A stretch of DNA of 64,000 nt from Candidatus Peribacteria bacterium (GTDB lineage: Bacteria; Patescibacteriota; Gracilibacteria; Peribacterales; Peribacteraceae): positions 486,722-550,721 of the forward strand of contig JAHFJN010000001.1 of the NCBI GenBank assembly GCA_023245865.1. Direction: 5' to 3'. Position numbers and translations under genes: made by a program. The notes below the pieces were generated by a model. That model did not search any database, was not told the origin of the DNA, and saw only the letters and a program-made list of their open reading frames with translations. This document shows, piece by piece, positions 8,487-17,844 of this stretch (the stretch's first letter is position 1; the number at the start of each line of letters is the position of its first letter).

Positions 8487-8487
8487 C

Positions 8488-9465
8488 TCAAGAACACAAA
8501 ATCGCCTTCGCCTCCGCGAACTTTTCCACTCGCACGAGCTTCTGTCGCATGTCCGACGCCCCCTCGAAGCCTTTCACGTAGCTGCTTAAGTGCCTGCGCA
8601 TTTCGAGCATCCCGCGCTGCTCGCCCTTGATACGCACTGCGAGCTCGCAGTGCTCGAGAATGAACGGAATTTTTTGCGCGAATGTCATCTGAACATCCGG
8701 CTGCTGATCGCTCACCGCTAACCGCTCACCGCTTCGCTCGCGAAGAGCGTCGCACACTTTTCGCATTATCCACGGATTCCCAAACGTCCCCCGCCCCACC
8801 ATCACTCCATCGAGATTGCCGATTTTTTCGACTGCGTCTGCCGCAGAGGTGATGTCGCCATTGCCGATCACGGGAACGCCCACATTCTTTTTGAGTTCGT
8901 AGATCTGCGTCCAGTCCGCCTTCCCCGTGAATTTGTCGCAAAAGCGTCGACCGTGGATCGCAAATGCCGCCGCCCCGGCCTCCTCCAATTTTTTACAAAA
9001 CGGAATCAGCGTCGTGGCGCTGTCCCACCCGAGCCGTGTCTTCACACTGACGGGGATAGAAACGGATTTGACGGTGGCGGCAACAAGTTCGGCCGCGAGA
9101 TCGGGTTTTTGAATGAGCGCCGCACCGTGGCACGATGAAACGACCTTCGCCGCGGGGCAGCCCATGTTGATGTCGATGCCGTCCGCGCCAAGCTGCTCGA
9201 TGATTTTCGCCGCCTCCAGAAAATGCTCCGGCTTGTGACCAAACACCTGTACGATGAACGGACGCTCGATTGTCGGATCAAACGCGAGCATCTTCATCGT
9301 CTTTTTGCCGCCAAACGCGAGTGCGTCGGTACTCAGGAATTCGGTGTAGACGACCACCTCGGGTGCGATTCGTTTGATCAACTGACGATACGATGCATCG
9401 GTGACGCCTGCCATAGGAGCAAGCGCGACAATCGGACGAGCAGTGGTGAACCAAGAAAATGTCAT
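8488..9465 (-). CDS. tRNA-dihydrouridine synthase
   Basis: LAPMAGVTD motif and Dus TIM-barrel-like sequence. Confidence 0.92.
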   Translation of the reverse strand: MTFSWFTTARPIVALAPMAGVTDASYRQLIKRIAPEVVVYTEFLSTDALAFGGKKTMKMLAFDPTIERPFIVQVFGHKPEHFLEAAKIIEQLGADGIDINMGCPAAKVVSSCHGAALIQKPDLAAELVAATVKSVSIPVSVKTRLGWDSATTLIPFCKKLEEAGAAAFAIHGRRFCDKFTGKADWTQIYELKKNVGVPVIGNGDITSAADAVEKIGNLDGVMVGRGTFGNPWIMRKVCDALRERSGERLAVSDQQPDVQMTFAQKIPFILEHCELAVRIKGEQRGMLEMRRHLSSYVKGFEGASDMRQKLVRVEKFAEAKAILCS

Positions 9466-9537
9466 AAAAGGAGATCACAGAATAAAGTTCATTCACTGGC
9501 GAGTCAAAAAGTTATTCATCTCCCCTAGACTGCCGCC

Positions 9538-9840
9538 ATGCCGACGGGTCCTGACATGACCATTCTCAAACAAACAAGCAACTGTGATTTTGTCACGGGC
9601 AAGATCAATGCAGCCTGCATTCCGGAATTTATCGGACACCTTGTCGTTGTGGTGTTTCAGGCGGTCTCGGTATTTTTCCTCATCAATGTGATGTACGCTG
9701 GGTATCAACTTGCGATCTCTCACATGAGCGAGGGTGACAAAGGCGCGGGAAAAGAACGGATCCGGTGGTCGATCATCGGTCTGGTCGTCTGCGTCTGCAC
9801 CTTCCTCATTCTTGAGCTCGTGCTCAGTAAAATCCTCTGA
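9538..9840 (+). CDS. TrbC/VirB2-like T4SS pilin-type small membrane protein
   Basis: 100 aa. Two Cys (C..x11..CIP), then two hydrophobic helices separated by a charged loop, as in CPR T4SS_pilin proteins. No signal peptide. Confidence 0.55.
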   Translation: MPTGPDMTILKQTSNCDFVTGKINAACIPEFIGHLVVVVFQAVSVFFLINVMYAGYQLAISHMSEGDKGAGKERIRWSIIGLVVCVCTFLILELVLSKIL

Positions 9841-9844
9841 ATCT

Positions 9845-11116
9845 ATGACTCCCAAGAAATCCTCCGACGCGTTCACCTCGTTCCGTATTCTCGGAAAACG
9901 TGCGCAGGCATTGCTCGTGCGCGCAAGCCAAGAGTTCAAGCGCCGTGAACAGAAACTGTTGGAGCCCGCGGAAAACATGCGAGAAGAATCAGGGAAGGAA
10001 GAGCTCACCGTGCGCTTTGCACCCTTGAGTATCGTCCAGGCGGCGATGCTGCTCGTCGCGATCGCGCTCGGCGCGTGGATGATCCTGGTACTGCGGGACA
10101 AGATCATCTTGCTGCTCCTCAGCTTCTTCGTCGCGGGCATCATTGATCCCGGCGTGCGAATGCTCGAACGCATGGGTTTCCCGCGCGGGATTGGGATTTT
10201 ACTCCATTACTTCGTCGCGCTTTGCGTGGTGATGTTCTTAGTGATCTCACTGATTCCGATCATCGCAACCCAGCTCCAGCAGATCGCTCTGCTCATCAAC
10301 GCTCAGGTGAATCACTTCTTGCTCAACCCCCAGTTTTCCCTGCCGCTCGTGACTCCTGAGGTGAACCAGGAACTTTCCGACGTCGCAAAATCGACGCTGC
10401 AGAGCTTATCGATCAATAAGTTCACAGACGCCCTGCAACAAATGGGAACCAACATGTCGTCGCTGCGACAGTTTTCCCTGACGTTCGCAGGCATGGCAAC
10501 GCGGATCGCGGGCTCGGTGGTCGATTTCTTCATTCGCCTCGTCGTCGTGCTCGTCCTTGCGTTCTTCATACAGTTCGAGCGCGAACATCTGCGCGTGTGG
10601 TTCCGCAGTTTCTTCCGCTACCGGCAGCGGGTCTACATCGACAGCAAATTAGAGGCGATCCAGCAGAAGATCGGCCAGTGGGCGCGGGGACAGGTCTTGC
10701 TTGGCGTCAGTATCGGACTGCTCGTGTTCGTCGCCCTCGCGATTCTCCGGATCCCCTACGCCGCCACCCTCGCGGTCCTTGCGGGCTTCACGGAGTTCAT
10801 TCCTTACATTGGCCCTTTCATTGCAGCGGTTCCCGCGGTCCTGATTGCCGTCACGGAAGGTGGATTCCTGTGGGCCCTCATTGTCGCGGGTGTCTACTAC
10901 GTCGTACAGTGGTGCGAGAATAACTTGCTTGTGCCGCTGATCATGAAGCGTGCAGTCGGGCTCTCCCCCATTGCCATCATCTTCGCCATGCTCGTGGGCT
11001 TAAGCTTCCCCGATGTCATACACCCGATCTTGGGCCTCCTCATCGCAGTCCCCGTCACAACGATCATTGCGATCTTCCTGGATGATTGGCGCAAGGCACC
11101 GAGTGCATCGATATAA
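9845..11116 (+). CDS. AI-2E family transporter (PerM/UPF0118)
   Basis: Multi-TM protein with an AI-2E-like C-terminal half (...FTEFIPYIGPFIAAVPAVLIA...). Start at the internal ATG. Confidence 0.85.
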   Translation: MTPKKSSDAFTSFRILGKRAQALLVRASQEFKRREQKLLEPAENMREESGKEELTVRFAPLSIVQAAMLLVAIALGAWMILVLRDKIILLLLSFFVAGIIDPGVRMLERMGFPRGIGILLHYFVALCVVMFLVISLIPIIATQLQQIALLINAQVNHFLLNPQFSLPLVTPEVNQELSDVAKSTLQSLSINKFTDALQQMGTNMSSLRQFSLTFAGMATRIAGSVVDFFIRLVVVLVLAFFIQFEREHLRVWFRSFFRYRQRVYIDSKLEAIQQKIGQWARGQVLLGVSIGLLVFVALAILRIPYAATLAVLAGFTEFIPYIGPFIAAVPAVLIAVTEGGFLWALIVAGVYYVVQWCENNLLVPLIMKRAVGLSPIAIIFAMLVGLSFPDVIHPILGLLIAVPVTTIIAIFLDDWRKAPSASI

Positions 11117-11244
11117 GGTTTGGTTTGCTGTACATTTTGCAGAAATGTTCGACATTTTTGTGAATTACACCACGATTATTCATGGTGCACACTTCCTCTC
11201 AGGACCGTAACTATGGTACTGTGTAATGAACGCACCCCTCCTCT

Positions 11245-13863
11245 ATGCACCCCTTTGACCGCTTCACACCGAACGCGAAACTCGCTCTGCAAATTGCAGA
11301 GCAGGAGGCAAAGGCGATGCAGAGCAGCTACATCGGGACCGAGCATCTGCTGCTCGGCCTTCTCAGCATCCCAAAATCACTCGCATTCTCCATCTTCACC
11401 GGAGCCGGCGTCACGCTCGAAAACGTGCGGATTCTCCTCAAGGCAAGCAAAACCGCAAGTATTGAGGGCAAGCACGTGAAGCACGGCCTCTCGACCTTCC
11501 TCCACACCGTCATCGAGCAGGCGGTCGTGACCGCGCACAAGTTCCGGCATGCGAACGTCGGCACGGAGCACCTCCTGTATGCGCTCGTGTCCACGGGGAA
11601 GAATGCTGCGACACTGCTGCTGGAGAACATGCAGGTTGTGCCGGACGACTTGAAAATGCACATCGAGGAAATGTTCGGACAAATCTCGCAATTTCGTCAG
11701 CAAAATCGCAACGTCGAGCAGTCGCTCGAGGCGTTCTTTCACGGACTCCAGGGCGCGATCGCAGGGTTGCAGGGGGCGGGAGGGGCTCCGAGCGAACCTG
11801 AGGGTCTCAAGCGCAAGCGTGACGCAAACAGCAAAACACCCGCGCTCGATTACTTTACGGATGATCTCGTCGCGAAGGCAAAGACAGGCAAAATCGACCC
11901 GATCATCGGGCGCGACAAGGAAATCGAACGCATGATCCATATCCTCAACCGCAAGACCAAAAACAATCCCGTGCTCATCGGGGAGCCGGGCGTGGGCAAG
12001 ACCGCGATCGTCGAAGGCCTCGCGCAACGGATCTCCACGGGTCAGGTCCCAGACGCCCTCAAAAACAAGCGCGTGCTCATCTTGAACCTCGGCTCCATTG
12101 TCGCCGGCACGAAGTATCGCGGCGAGTTTGAGCAGCGATTTGAAGACATCATCAAAGAGGCCACGCAGAGCGACAAACAGATCATCCTCTTCATTGACGA
12201 AATCCACACGGTCGTGGGCGCCGGCTCCGCGGAAGGCTCGCTCGATGCGGCCAACATCCTGAAGCCCGCCCTCAGCCGAAGCACCATCCAAGTCATCGGC
12301 GCGACGACGCTCAACGAATACCGGACCATCGAGAAAGACCGCGCGCTCGAGCGCAGATTCCAGCCGATTCAAGTGGAGGAACCGACCCTCAAGGATACCG
12401 TGGAAATTCTCAAGGGCCTCAAGGCATCTTTCGAAAATTTCCATCACTTGAGCATCACCGACGATGCCCTGGAAGCGGCCGTTACCTTAAGTAATCGCTA
12501 CCTGACCGAACGCTTCCTGCCCGACAAGGCCATCGACGTTCTCGATGAAGCCTCCGCCGGCAAGAGCCTGCAGCACGCGCGCATCTCCCCGGAGCTCAAG
12601 TCCCTCGAGGACAAGTTGGAAATCCTCACCCTCAAGCAGCAGGAAGCCGTGAAGGAACAGAAATACCACGCCGCGCTCAAGCTCAAGCAGGAACAACAGG
12701 ATGTGAAGGAAAAGCGCGACCATATGCTCGCAAACAGCGACGGCGATCGCCGTTCCCCCGTACAGATCAACGGCGATGACATTGCCGCGGTCGTCGCGCG
12801 AATGACCGGCGTGCCCGTCATGAAGCTCCTCAAGCCCGAAGCCAAGCGCCTCGCGAACCTCGAGCACGTCCTGCGCCAGCACGTCATCGGCCAAGATGAC
12901 GCCATCCGCAAAGTTTCCCGCGCCATTCGCCGGAGCCGTGTCGGCATCGGCGACGTCAAACGCCCGATCGGTTCGTTCCTGTTCCTCGGCCCTACGGGTG
13001 TCGGCAAGACCGAGCTCGTCCGCACGCTCGCGCGCGAAGTGTTCCACCGCGAGGACGCACTGATCAAAATCGACATGTCCGAATTCATGGAACGTCACAA
13101 CGTTTCGCGTCTCATCGGCACCACGGCCGGCTACGTCGGCTACGAAGAGGGTGGACAGCTCACGGAGGCCGTGCGCCGCAAACCGTACTCGGTGGTCCTG
13201 TTTGATGAAGTGGAAAAAGCTCATCCGGAATTCTTCAACGTGCTCCTGCAAATTCTCGAGGATGGCGTTCTCACCGACGGCCAAGGTAAGCAAGTGGACT
13301 TCCGCAACACCATCATCGTCATGACAAGCAACGTCGGAGCCGAAAAACTCACGAAGCAGGCGGCGAAGATCGGATTCAAGCTTGAGGACGAGGCGAAGAA
13401 GGAGGAAACAGAGTACGAGGAAAAGCGGCAGGAAGTGATCAAGGAACTCAAAGAGCACCTCCGACCGGAGTTTTTGAACCGCATCGACCACATCATCGTC
13501 TTCAACGCCTTGAACCAAATTCACATTCGCAAGATCGTGAAGATGCACTTAGAAGAACTGGCCCTGCGCATGAAGGCGCAGGGCTACGCGATCGACGTCG
13601 ATCAGAAAGCGGTCAATCTGCTCGCCACCGTCGGATTCGACCCCGAGTATGGCGCTCGCCCCGTGCGGCGTGTCATCCAGGAACGCATCGAAGATGAAAT
13701 CGCCGAACACATGCTGAAAGGAATGTTCACTCCGGGCGACGTCATTCGCATCGTGCGCAAAGCGGGTGACAAGCTCGAGCTCCTCCATGGAGAAAAAGTC
13801 ACCGTAGAAGAGGCTCAAGGGCAACCGCAGCAGCAGGAAGCAGAGAGCGTGGAGGTGGCGTAA
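11245..13863 (+). CDS. clpC: ATP-dependent Clp protease ATP-binding subunit ClpC
   Basis: Clp_N repeats, two AAA+ modules ([16 protein letters not shown]), short middle domain, IGF loop (AAKIGFKLE). Confidence 0.93.
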   Translation: MHPFDRFTPNAKLALQIAEQEAKAMQSSYIGTEHLLLGLLSIPKSLAFSIFTGAGVTLENVRILLKASKTASIEGKHVKHGLSTFLHTVIEQAVVTAHKFRHANVGTEHLLYALVSTGKNAATLLLENMQVVPDDLKMHIEEMFGQISQFRQQNRNVEQSLEAFFHGLQGAIAGLQGAGGAPSEPEGLKRKRDANSKTPALDYFTDDLVAKAKTGKIDPIIGRDKEIERMIHILNRKTKNNPVLIGEPGVGKTAIVEGLAQRISTGQVPDALKNKRVLILNLGSIVAGTKYRGEFEQRFEDIIKEATQSDKQIILFIDEIHTVVGAGSAEGSLDAANILKPALSRSTIQVIGATTLNEYRTIEKDRALERRFQPIQVEEPTLKDTVEILKGLKASFENFHHLSITDDALEAAVTLSNRYLTERFLPDKAIDVLDEASAGKSLQHARISPELKSLEDKLEILTLKQQEAVKEQKYHAALKLKQEQQDVKEKRDHMLANSDGDRRSPVQINGDDIAAVVARMTGVPVMKLLKPEAKRLANLEHVLRQHVIGQDDAIRKVSRAIRRSRVGIGDVKRPIGSFLFLGPTGVGKTELVRTLAREVFHREDALIKIDMSEFMERHNVSRLIGTTAGYVGYEEGGQLTEAVRRKPYSVVLFDEVEKAHPEFFNVLLQILEDGVLTDGQGKQVDFRNTIIVMTSNVGAEKLTKQAAKIGFKLEDEAKKEETEYEEKRQEVIKELKEHLRPEFLNRIDHIIVFNALNQIHIRKIVKMHLEELALRMKAQGYAIDVDQKAVNLLATVGFDPEYGARPVRRVIQERIEDEIAEHMLKGMFTPGDVIRIVRKAGDKLELLHGEKVTVEEAQGQPQQQEAESVEVA

Positions 13864-13867
13864 AACA

Positions 13868-13894
13868 GCTTCGTTGGCTTCGTTAGCTTCGTTA
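13868..13894 (+). repeat. nonamer array GCTTCGTTR x3, 5 nt after the clpC stop
   Basis: Read directly; the same nonamer follows the gyrA stop (49368-49383, same sense relative to the gene). Confidence 0.9.
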
Positions 13895-13959
13895 GGGGTT
13901 TTGTGCTATAATAATGGGATTCACTTGTCGCTAGTCACTCACCGCTTTTCGCTCCAATT

Positions 13960-14535
13960 ATGGCCATCGAAGCAATCAAAATCCCGCAGAACGTCCAGAT
14001 CGAGGACCGCATTATCGGTCCCCTGACCCTCCGACAGATCCTGCTCGTGAGCCTCGGCAACGGTTTCAGTTACGCGCTCTTCACGAGTATCTCGAAAGCC
14101 TACGGACTCGTGTCCATCCCGATTCAGATCCTCGTGTGGGTCCCGGGAGTACTGTCGATCGCGTTTGCATTCGTGCGCATCAATGATCTCAGTATGTTGC
14201 GGCTATGCATGCTGATGCTCGAGCGGATGAATAAACCGACAGTGCGTATTTGGGGACCGCGTCGCGGCATTATCATCAATATCCGCACCTTCTCCACGCC
14301 CGAAAAACAAGGTCTCTCTGACAAAGGAACCGCTGAGGATCTTTCCAAGGAGAAACACTTCGATGAAATCAGCGCGCTGCTCGACCGACCGATGGAAGGA
14401 GAATCTGCAGCGGTGAAACCGGTCGACCCAGCGCGGATCCAAGTATCCAAGCAATCGGAAACATCGATTGATGGCGTACAGCCGAAAGTCGCCGTGTCTG
14501 TCTTTTCGTCCCCCGCTCCCACCACGCACGTATGA
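13960..14535 (+). CDS. PrgI-family (VirB3-like) membrane protein
   Basis: N-terminus ...IEDRIIGPLTLRQILLVSLG... followed by two TM helices resembles PrgI of Gram-positive T4SS. Confidence 0.6.
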   Translation: MAIEAIKIPQNVQIEDRIIGPLTLRQILLVSLGNGFSYALFTSISKAYGLVSIPIQILVWVPGVLSIAFAFVRINDLSMLRLCMLMLERMNKPTVRIWGPRRGIIINIRTFSTPEKQGLSDKGTAEDLSKEKHFDEISALLDRPMEGESAAVKPVDPARIQVSKQSETSIDGVQPKVAVSVFSSPAPTTHV

Positions 14536-15245
14536 CTCCCAAGATCACCGATTCCGTCCGGCGCCGCAAAAAAAACGAAAGCGCGACCACGCAGCGATTC
14601 CTCCCTGTCGCGGAAATCCGCAACAACACCATTCTGCTCAAAAACGGGGGCATTCGCGCCGTGATCCAGGTCGAGGCGCTCAACTTCAACCTCAAGAGCG
14701 AACTCGAGCAGCAGGCGATCATCAGCGGCTACGGATCGTTCGTAAATACATTGAGCTTTCCTCTGCAGATCATCATCCGCTCGAGCAAGACGAACGTCGA
14801 CGAATACATCGATCGCGTGAAAGCGATCGGCAATAAGCAGGAGAACGCACTCCTCAAGAATCAGACGCTCACGTACGCCGCCTTCCTGCAGAAGCTGATT
14901 GAGATGGCGGACATCATGCAGAAACGCTTCTACGTCGTTGTGCCGGTGGATCACTCCGTCCGTCACAAAACCGTCATCGAGCAGTTCTTCGATTGGATCC
15001 ACCCGGACGACGCTGCGAGCAAGGTATCGGCACGCAACCACGAATTCACACATGGCCACGTACAACTCAACGAGCGGGTGGAGCTGATTTCCTCAGGGCT
15101 CAGCAACATCGGACTGCACTGCAAGCGCCTCCCCACGCGCGATCTCATCGCGCTGATGTACCAGACCTACAACCCCAAAACGAGCCAGACGCAGAAGATG
15201 CCGGCAGATATGGAGCAGTTGCATATGGAGAAAACAGCGCTATAA
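14532..15245 (+). CDS. VirB4/TraE N-terminal-domain-like protein lacking an ATPase domain
   Basis: ATGA overlap with the PrgI-like gene. ...FLPVAEIRNNTILLKNGGIRAVIQVEALNFNLKSELEQQAII... resembles the VirB4 N-terminal region. No Walker motifs. Confidence 0.5.
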   Translation: MTPKITDSVRRRKKNESATTQRFLPVAEIRNNTILLKNGGIRAVIQVEALNFNLKSELEQQAIISGYGSFVNTLSFPLQIIIRSSKTNVDEYIDRVKAIGNKQENALLKNQTLTYAAFLQKLIEMADIMQKRFYVVVPVDHSVRHKTVIEQFFDWIHPDDAASKVSARNHEFTHGHVQLNERVELISSGLSNIGLHCKRLPTRDLIALMYQTYNPKTSQTQKMPADMEQLHMEKTAL

Positions 15246-15246
15246 T
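15219..15246 (+). promoter_or_regulatory. near-consensus promoter TTGCAT-16-TATAAT for rpsA
   Basis: Read by eye; overlaps the stop codon of the upstream gene. ~68-nt leader. Confidence 0.55.
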
Positions 15247-15314
15247 AGCCCCACAGGTTTGCTGCTCGTGCAAGAGCGACCCTGCTTACTTCTCCCCCTT
15301 GCACCCCCCTTTGT

Positions 15315-16679
15315 ATGTCTCCAAAGATCTCCCGTACGACCGGTTCTGCGCTCATGGAGAGTCTCATGAAGCAGTCCCCGCCGATCTTCCGACCGAAGCC
15401 CGGCGAACTTATTGAAGGGAGTGTCGTATTTCGTGGCAAGAATAAGTTGCTGATCGATATTCACGGTGTCGCGGTCGGGATCATTTCGGGTCGGGAACTG
15501 AGAGATTCGTTCAACACATTCAAAGATCTGAGCGTCGGCCACCTTGTCTCGGCCCTGGTTCTCGAGGAAGAGAATGACGAAGGACTCGTGGTCATGAGCC
15601 TGCGGATGGCGAGCCAGCGCAAAGCTTGGGACAAGTTTCACAAACTGATCGAGAACGAAACGACCATGAAATTCACCGCTCAGGAAGCCAACAAAGGAGG
15701 CCTCATCACGAACATTGACGGCATCCGCGCCTTCCTGCCGGTCTCGCAATTGGCTCCCGTCAACTATCCGCGCGTCAACAACGCCGACAGCACCGAGATC
15801 ATCTCGCGCCTGCAGAAATTCATCGGGCACACCTTCACGGTCAAGATCGTCACGATGGACCAGGAAGCGGGTAAGATCGTCGTCTCGGAGCGCGATGCCA
15901 TGAGCGAGGAACGCGCCAAGGCCCTCGAGGGCCTGAAGATCGGCGACTCGAAAGATGGGGTCGTCAGCGGCATCGTGAAGTTCGGCCTGTTCGTGACCTT
16001 CGAAGGACTCGAGGGCCTCGTCCACATTTCAGAGATCGCCTGGGGCCATGTGAAAAACCCCGCGGAGTTCGCGGAAATGGGCGACCAGGTGCGTGTGAAG
16101 GTGATCGGCGTCGACGGAGACAAGCTCAGCTTAAGCATCAAGCAATTGACGAAGGACCCGTGGGAGGAAGTGGCCGAGCGGTATCCTGTTGGCAAGAAAG
16201 TGACCGGCACGGTCGTGCGCTTCGCCGACTACGGTGCCTTCATGCGGCTGGAGAAAGACATCAACGGTCTCGTGCACTTGAGCGAAATCTCCCACACGAA
16301 GGTCACGGACCCGGCGGAAGCTCTCACGATCGGCCAGAAAGTCGACGCGCAGGTGATCAACATCGACGTCGATGAACGTCGGATCGGCCTCTCGATCAAA
16401 GCATTGAAACCGATCGACAAGGAAACGATGGAGCGACTCAAAAAGGAGCGAGAGGCGGAAAGCGAGGCCAAAGCTTCGAAGGAAGCCAACCCCACTTCGC
16501 TCAAAGAGCTTCGCGAGGCAAGTGAAGCTAATCAAGCTAACGAAGCTGGGTTCATCGCATCCAAGACCGGCAAGAAGTACTACGCCGCAGGCAGCGCCCA
16601 AGCAGAGAAAATTAAAGAAGAGAATCGCATACTGTTCAAGACAGAGAAAGAGGCGGAGGGGGCGGGCTACTCTGCGTAG
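15315..16679 (+). CDS. rpsA: 30S ribosomal protein S1 (four S1 domains plus C-terminal tail)
   Basis: Repeated S1 OB-fold motifs (...GxVxxIxxFGxFVxxxxxxGLVHISE...). Confidence 0.93.
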   Translation: MSPKISRTTGSALMESLMKQSPPIFRPKPGELIEGSVVFRGKNKLLIDIHGVAVGIISGRELRDSFNTFKDLSVGHLVSALVLEEENDEGLVVMSLRMASQRKAWDKFHKLIENETTMKFTAQEANKGGLITNIDGIRAFLPVSQLAPVNYPRVNNADSTEIISRLQKFIGHTFTVKIVTMDQEAGKIVVSERDAMSEERAKALEGLKIGDSKDGVVSGIVKFGLFVTFEGLEGLVHISEIAWGHVKNPAEFAEMGDQVRVKVIGVDGDKLSLSIKQLTKDPWEEVAERYPVGKKVTGTVVRFADYGAFMRLEKDINGLVHLSEISHTKVTDPAEALTIGQKVDAQVINIDVDERRIGLSIKALKPIDKETMERLKKEREAESEAKASKEANPTSLKELREASEANQANEAGFIASKTGKKYYAAGSAQAEKIKEENRILFKTEKEAEGAGYSA

Positions 16680-16693
16680 ATGAGGAAAACGGG

Positions 16694-16722
16694 TTGAATT
16701 TTGGGCTAAAAAGGGGGATAAT
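16694..16722 (+). promoter_or_regulatory. promoter TTGAAT-17-GATAAT
   Basis: The -10 ends 8 nt before ATG 16731. Confidence 0.4.
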
Positions 16723-16730
16723 AGCTATGA

Positions 16731-17243
16731 ATGGCCACTTCCTCACCAGAGAAGAATTCAAGTGCTCCGCAGAACTTGGAACACGGCACGCAGGTGCTTC
16801 AGCCTGCCAAGCTCGAGGGTGCCAGGATCGACACCGCCGCGCTCACGACCTTCCTGGAAGGAATCAACAGTCTCCGGGTGAGTGAGAGCGAGGCAGGAGG
16901 CCCGAGCGAACAGGGTGGAGCTTCAAGCGGCGGAACGGCCATCACCGCGCAAGGCGGCAGCACAGCTATTTCCGCACGTCAGCAGGCTATCGCGAATCTC
17001 CCCGCGCAGGCAATCATGCAGCGCCAACTGCAAAAACACATCCGGATGGAAGTGAAAAAGTTGCGCAGCCAGGCAAACGCGATCGCCCGCACATCGCGCC
17101 CCGGTGCCGCGTATCACCTCAACCAACTGTATGCCCGCATCCGCAGTCTCAATGCACTGCTCGCGGAACTCTTCGAATCCTCCGTCGAAGCCCTCAAGCG
17201 TCTTTTTATTCGAGTCTTCATCGATCGACAAACAATTCTATAA
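16731..17243 (+). CDS. hypothetical protein
   Basis: 170-aa ORF with a Ser/Gly/Ala-rich middle and a helical C-terminus. No family recognised. Confidence 0.55.
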   Translation: MATSSPEKNSSAPQNLEHGTQVLQPAKLEGARIDTAALTTFLEGINSLRVSESEAGGPSEQGGASSGGTAITAQGGSTAISARQQAIANLPAQAIMQRQLQKHIRMEVKKLRSQANAIARTSRPGAAYHLNQLYARIRSLNALLAELFESSVEALKRLFIRVFIDRQTIL

Positions 17244-17268
17244 ATGAACGTCAGTGTGTCATGGTGAT

Positions 17269-17532
17269 TTAAATATTTTTCTGCGTAAACTTCTTGTGGG
17301 AGTGCTTCTCCGTCTTTTCGCTGAAGTACTGGATCATCCACTCGAGCGCGCGGTCAGTCATACTGAGGGGTTTCATGATCACCATTTCGACCTCCTCGGT
17401 AATCACGTTGATTCTGCGCATGACCTTGCGAAGATCCACCACAATGAAAAGAACGTGATAGAGTACCACTATCAGCATCACCGCCACCGCAGTGTACAGT
17501 CCGTTCATGATGTCCATTGTTGACCACGTCAT
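17269..17532 (-). CDS. small membrane-anchored protein (DUF948-like architecture)
   Basis: Start at an internal ATG. One N-terminal TM helix followed by a charged helical region. Confidence 0.5.
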   Translation of the reverse strand: MTWSTMDIMNGLYTAVAVMLIVVLYHVLFIVVDLRKVMRRINVITEEVEMVIMKPLSMTDRALEWMIQYFSEKTEKHSHKKFTQKNI

Positions 17533-17565
17533 AGCGTGGATGCCACAGTACCTGCGACCCACCCT

Positions 17566-17844
17566 ATGCGCAAACTGATTTTGAAACTCATCGAGCTCTA
17601 TCAATGCACGCTCTCTCCCGACCACGGCCCGCTCAAGGCTCTCTATCCCTACGGCTTCTGTCGCCACTCCCCCACCTGTTCAGAGTACGCCAAGGAAGTG
17701 ATCGAGCGACATGGCATCGTTCTTGGAATTCTCCTCACCTGCAAACAACTGCTCTGCTGTAATCCGTGGTGCACGCCAACACGCATTCAGAGTATCCCGA
17801 ACGCGCGAAGCACCGCCTCCGCTTCTTCGGGACTCCTCACCTGA
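17566..17844 (+). CDS. yidD: membrane protein insertion efficiency factor YidD
   Basis: LIELYQCTLSP...CRHSPTCSEYAKEVIERHG motif. 3' end overlaps the convergent HD/HAD gene. Confidence 0.85.
   Translation: MRKLILKLIELYQCTLSPDHGPLKALYPYGFCRHSPTCSEYAKEVIERHGIVLGILLTCKQLLCCNPWCTPTRIQSIPNARSTASASSGLLT

Noticed and set aside
11377-13548. Long minus-strand ORFs (356 aa and 353 aa) inside clpC. Similar antisense ORFs:
- 7181-8089, opposite rplA.
- 9493-10173.
- 14124-15065.
- 15240-16025, opposite rpsA.
- 40923-42101, opposite glyA.
- 43535-44305.
- 49642-51951, opposite gyrA.
- 62170-63838, opposite the surface protein.
   Set aside because: Each lies antisense to a gene with unmistakable family motifs. 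Their products are low-complexity Arg/Gly/Asp/His-rich with no motifs, which is typical of shadow ORFs in GC-rich coding DNA.
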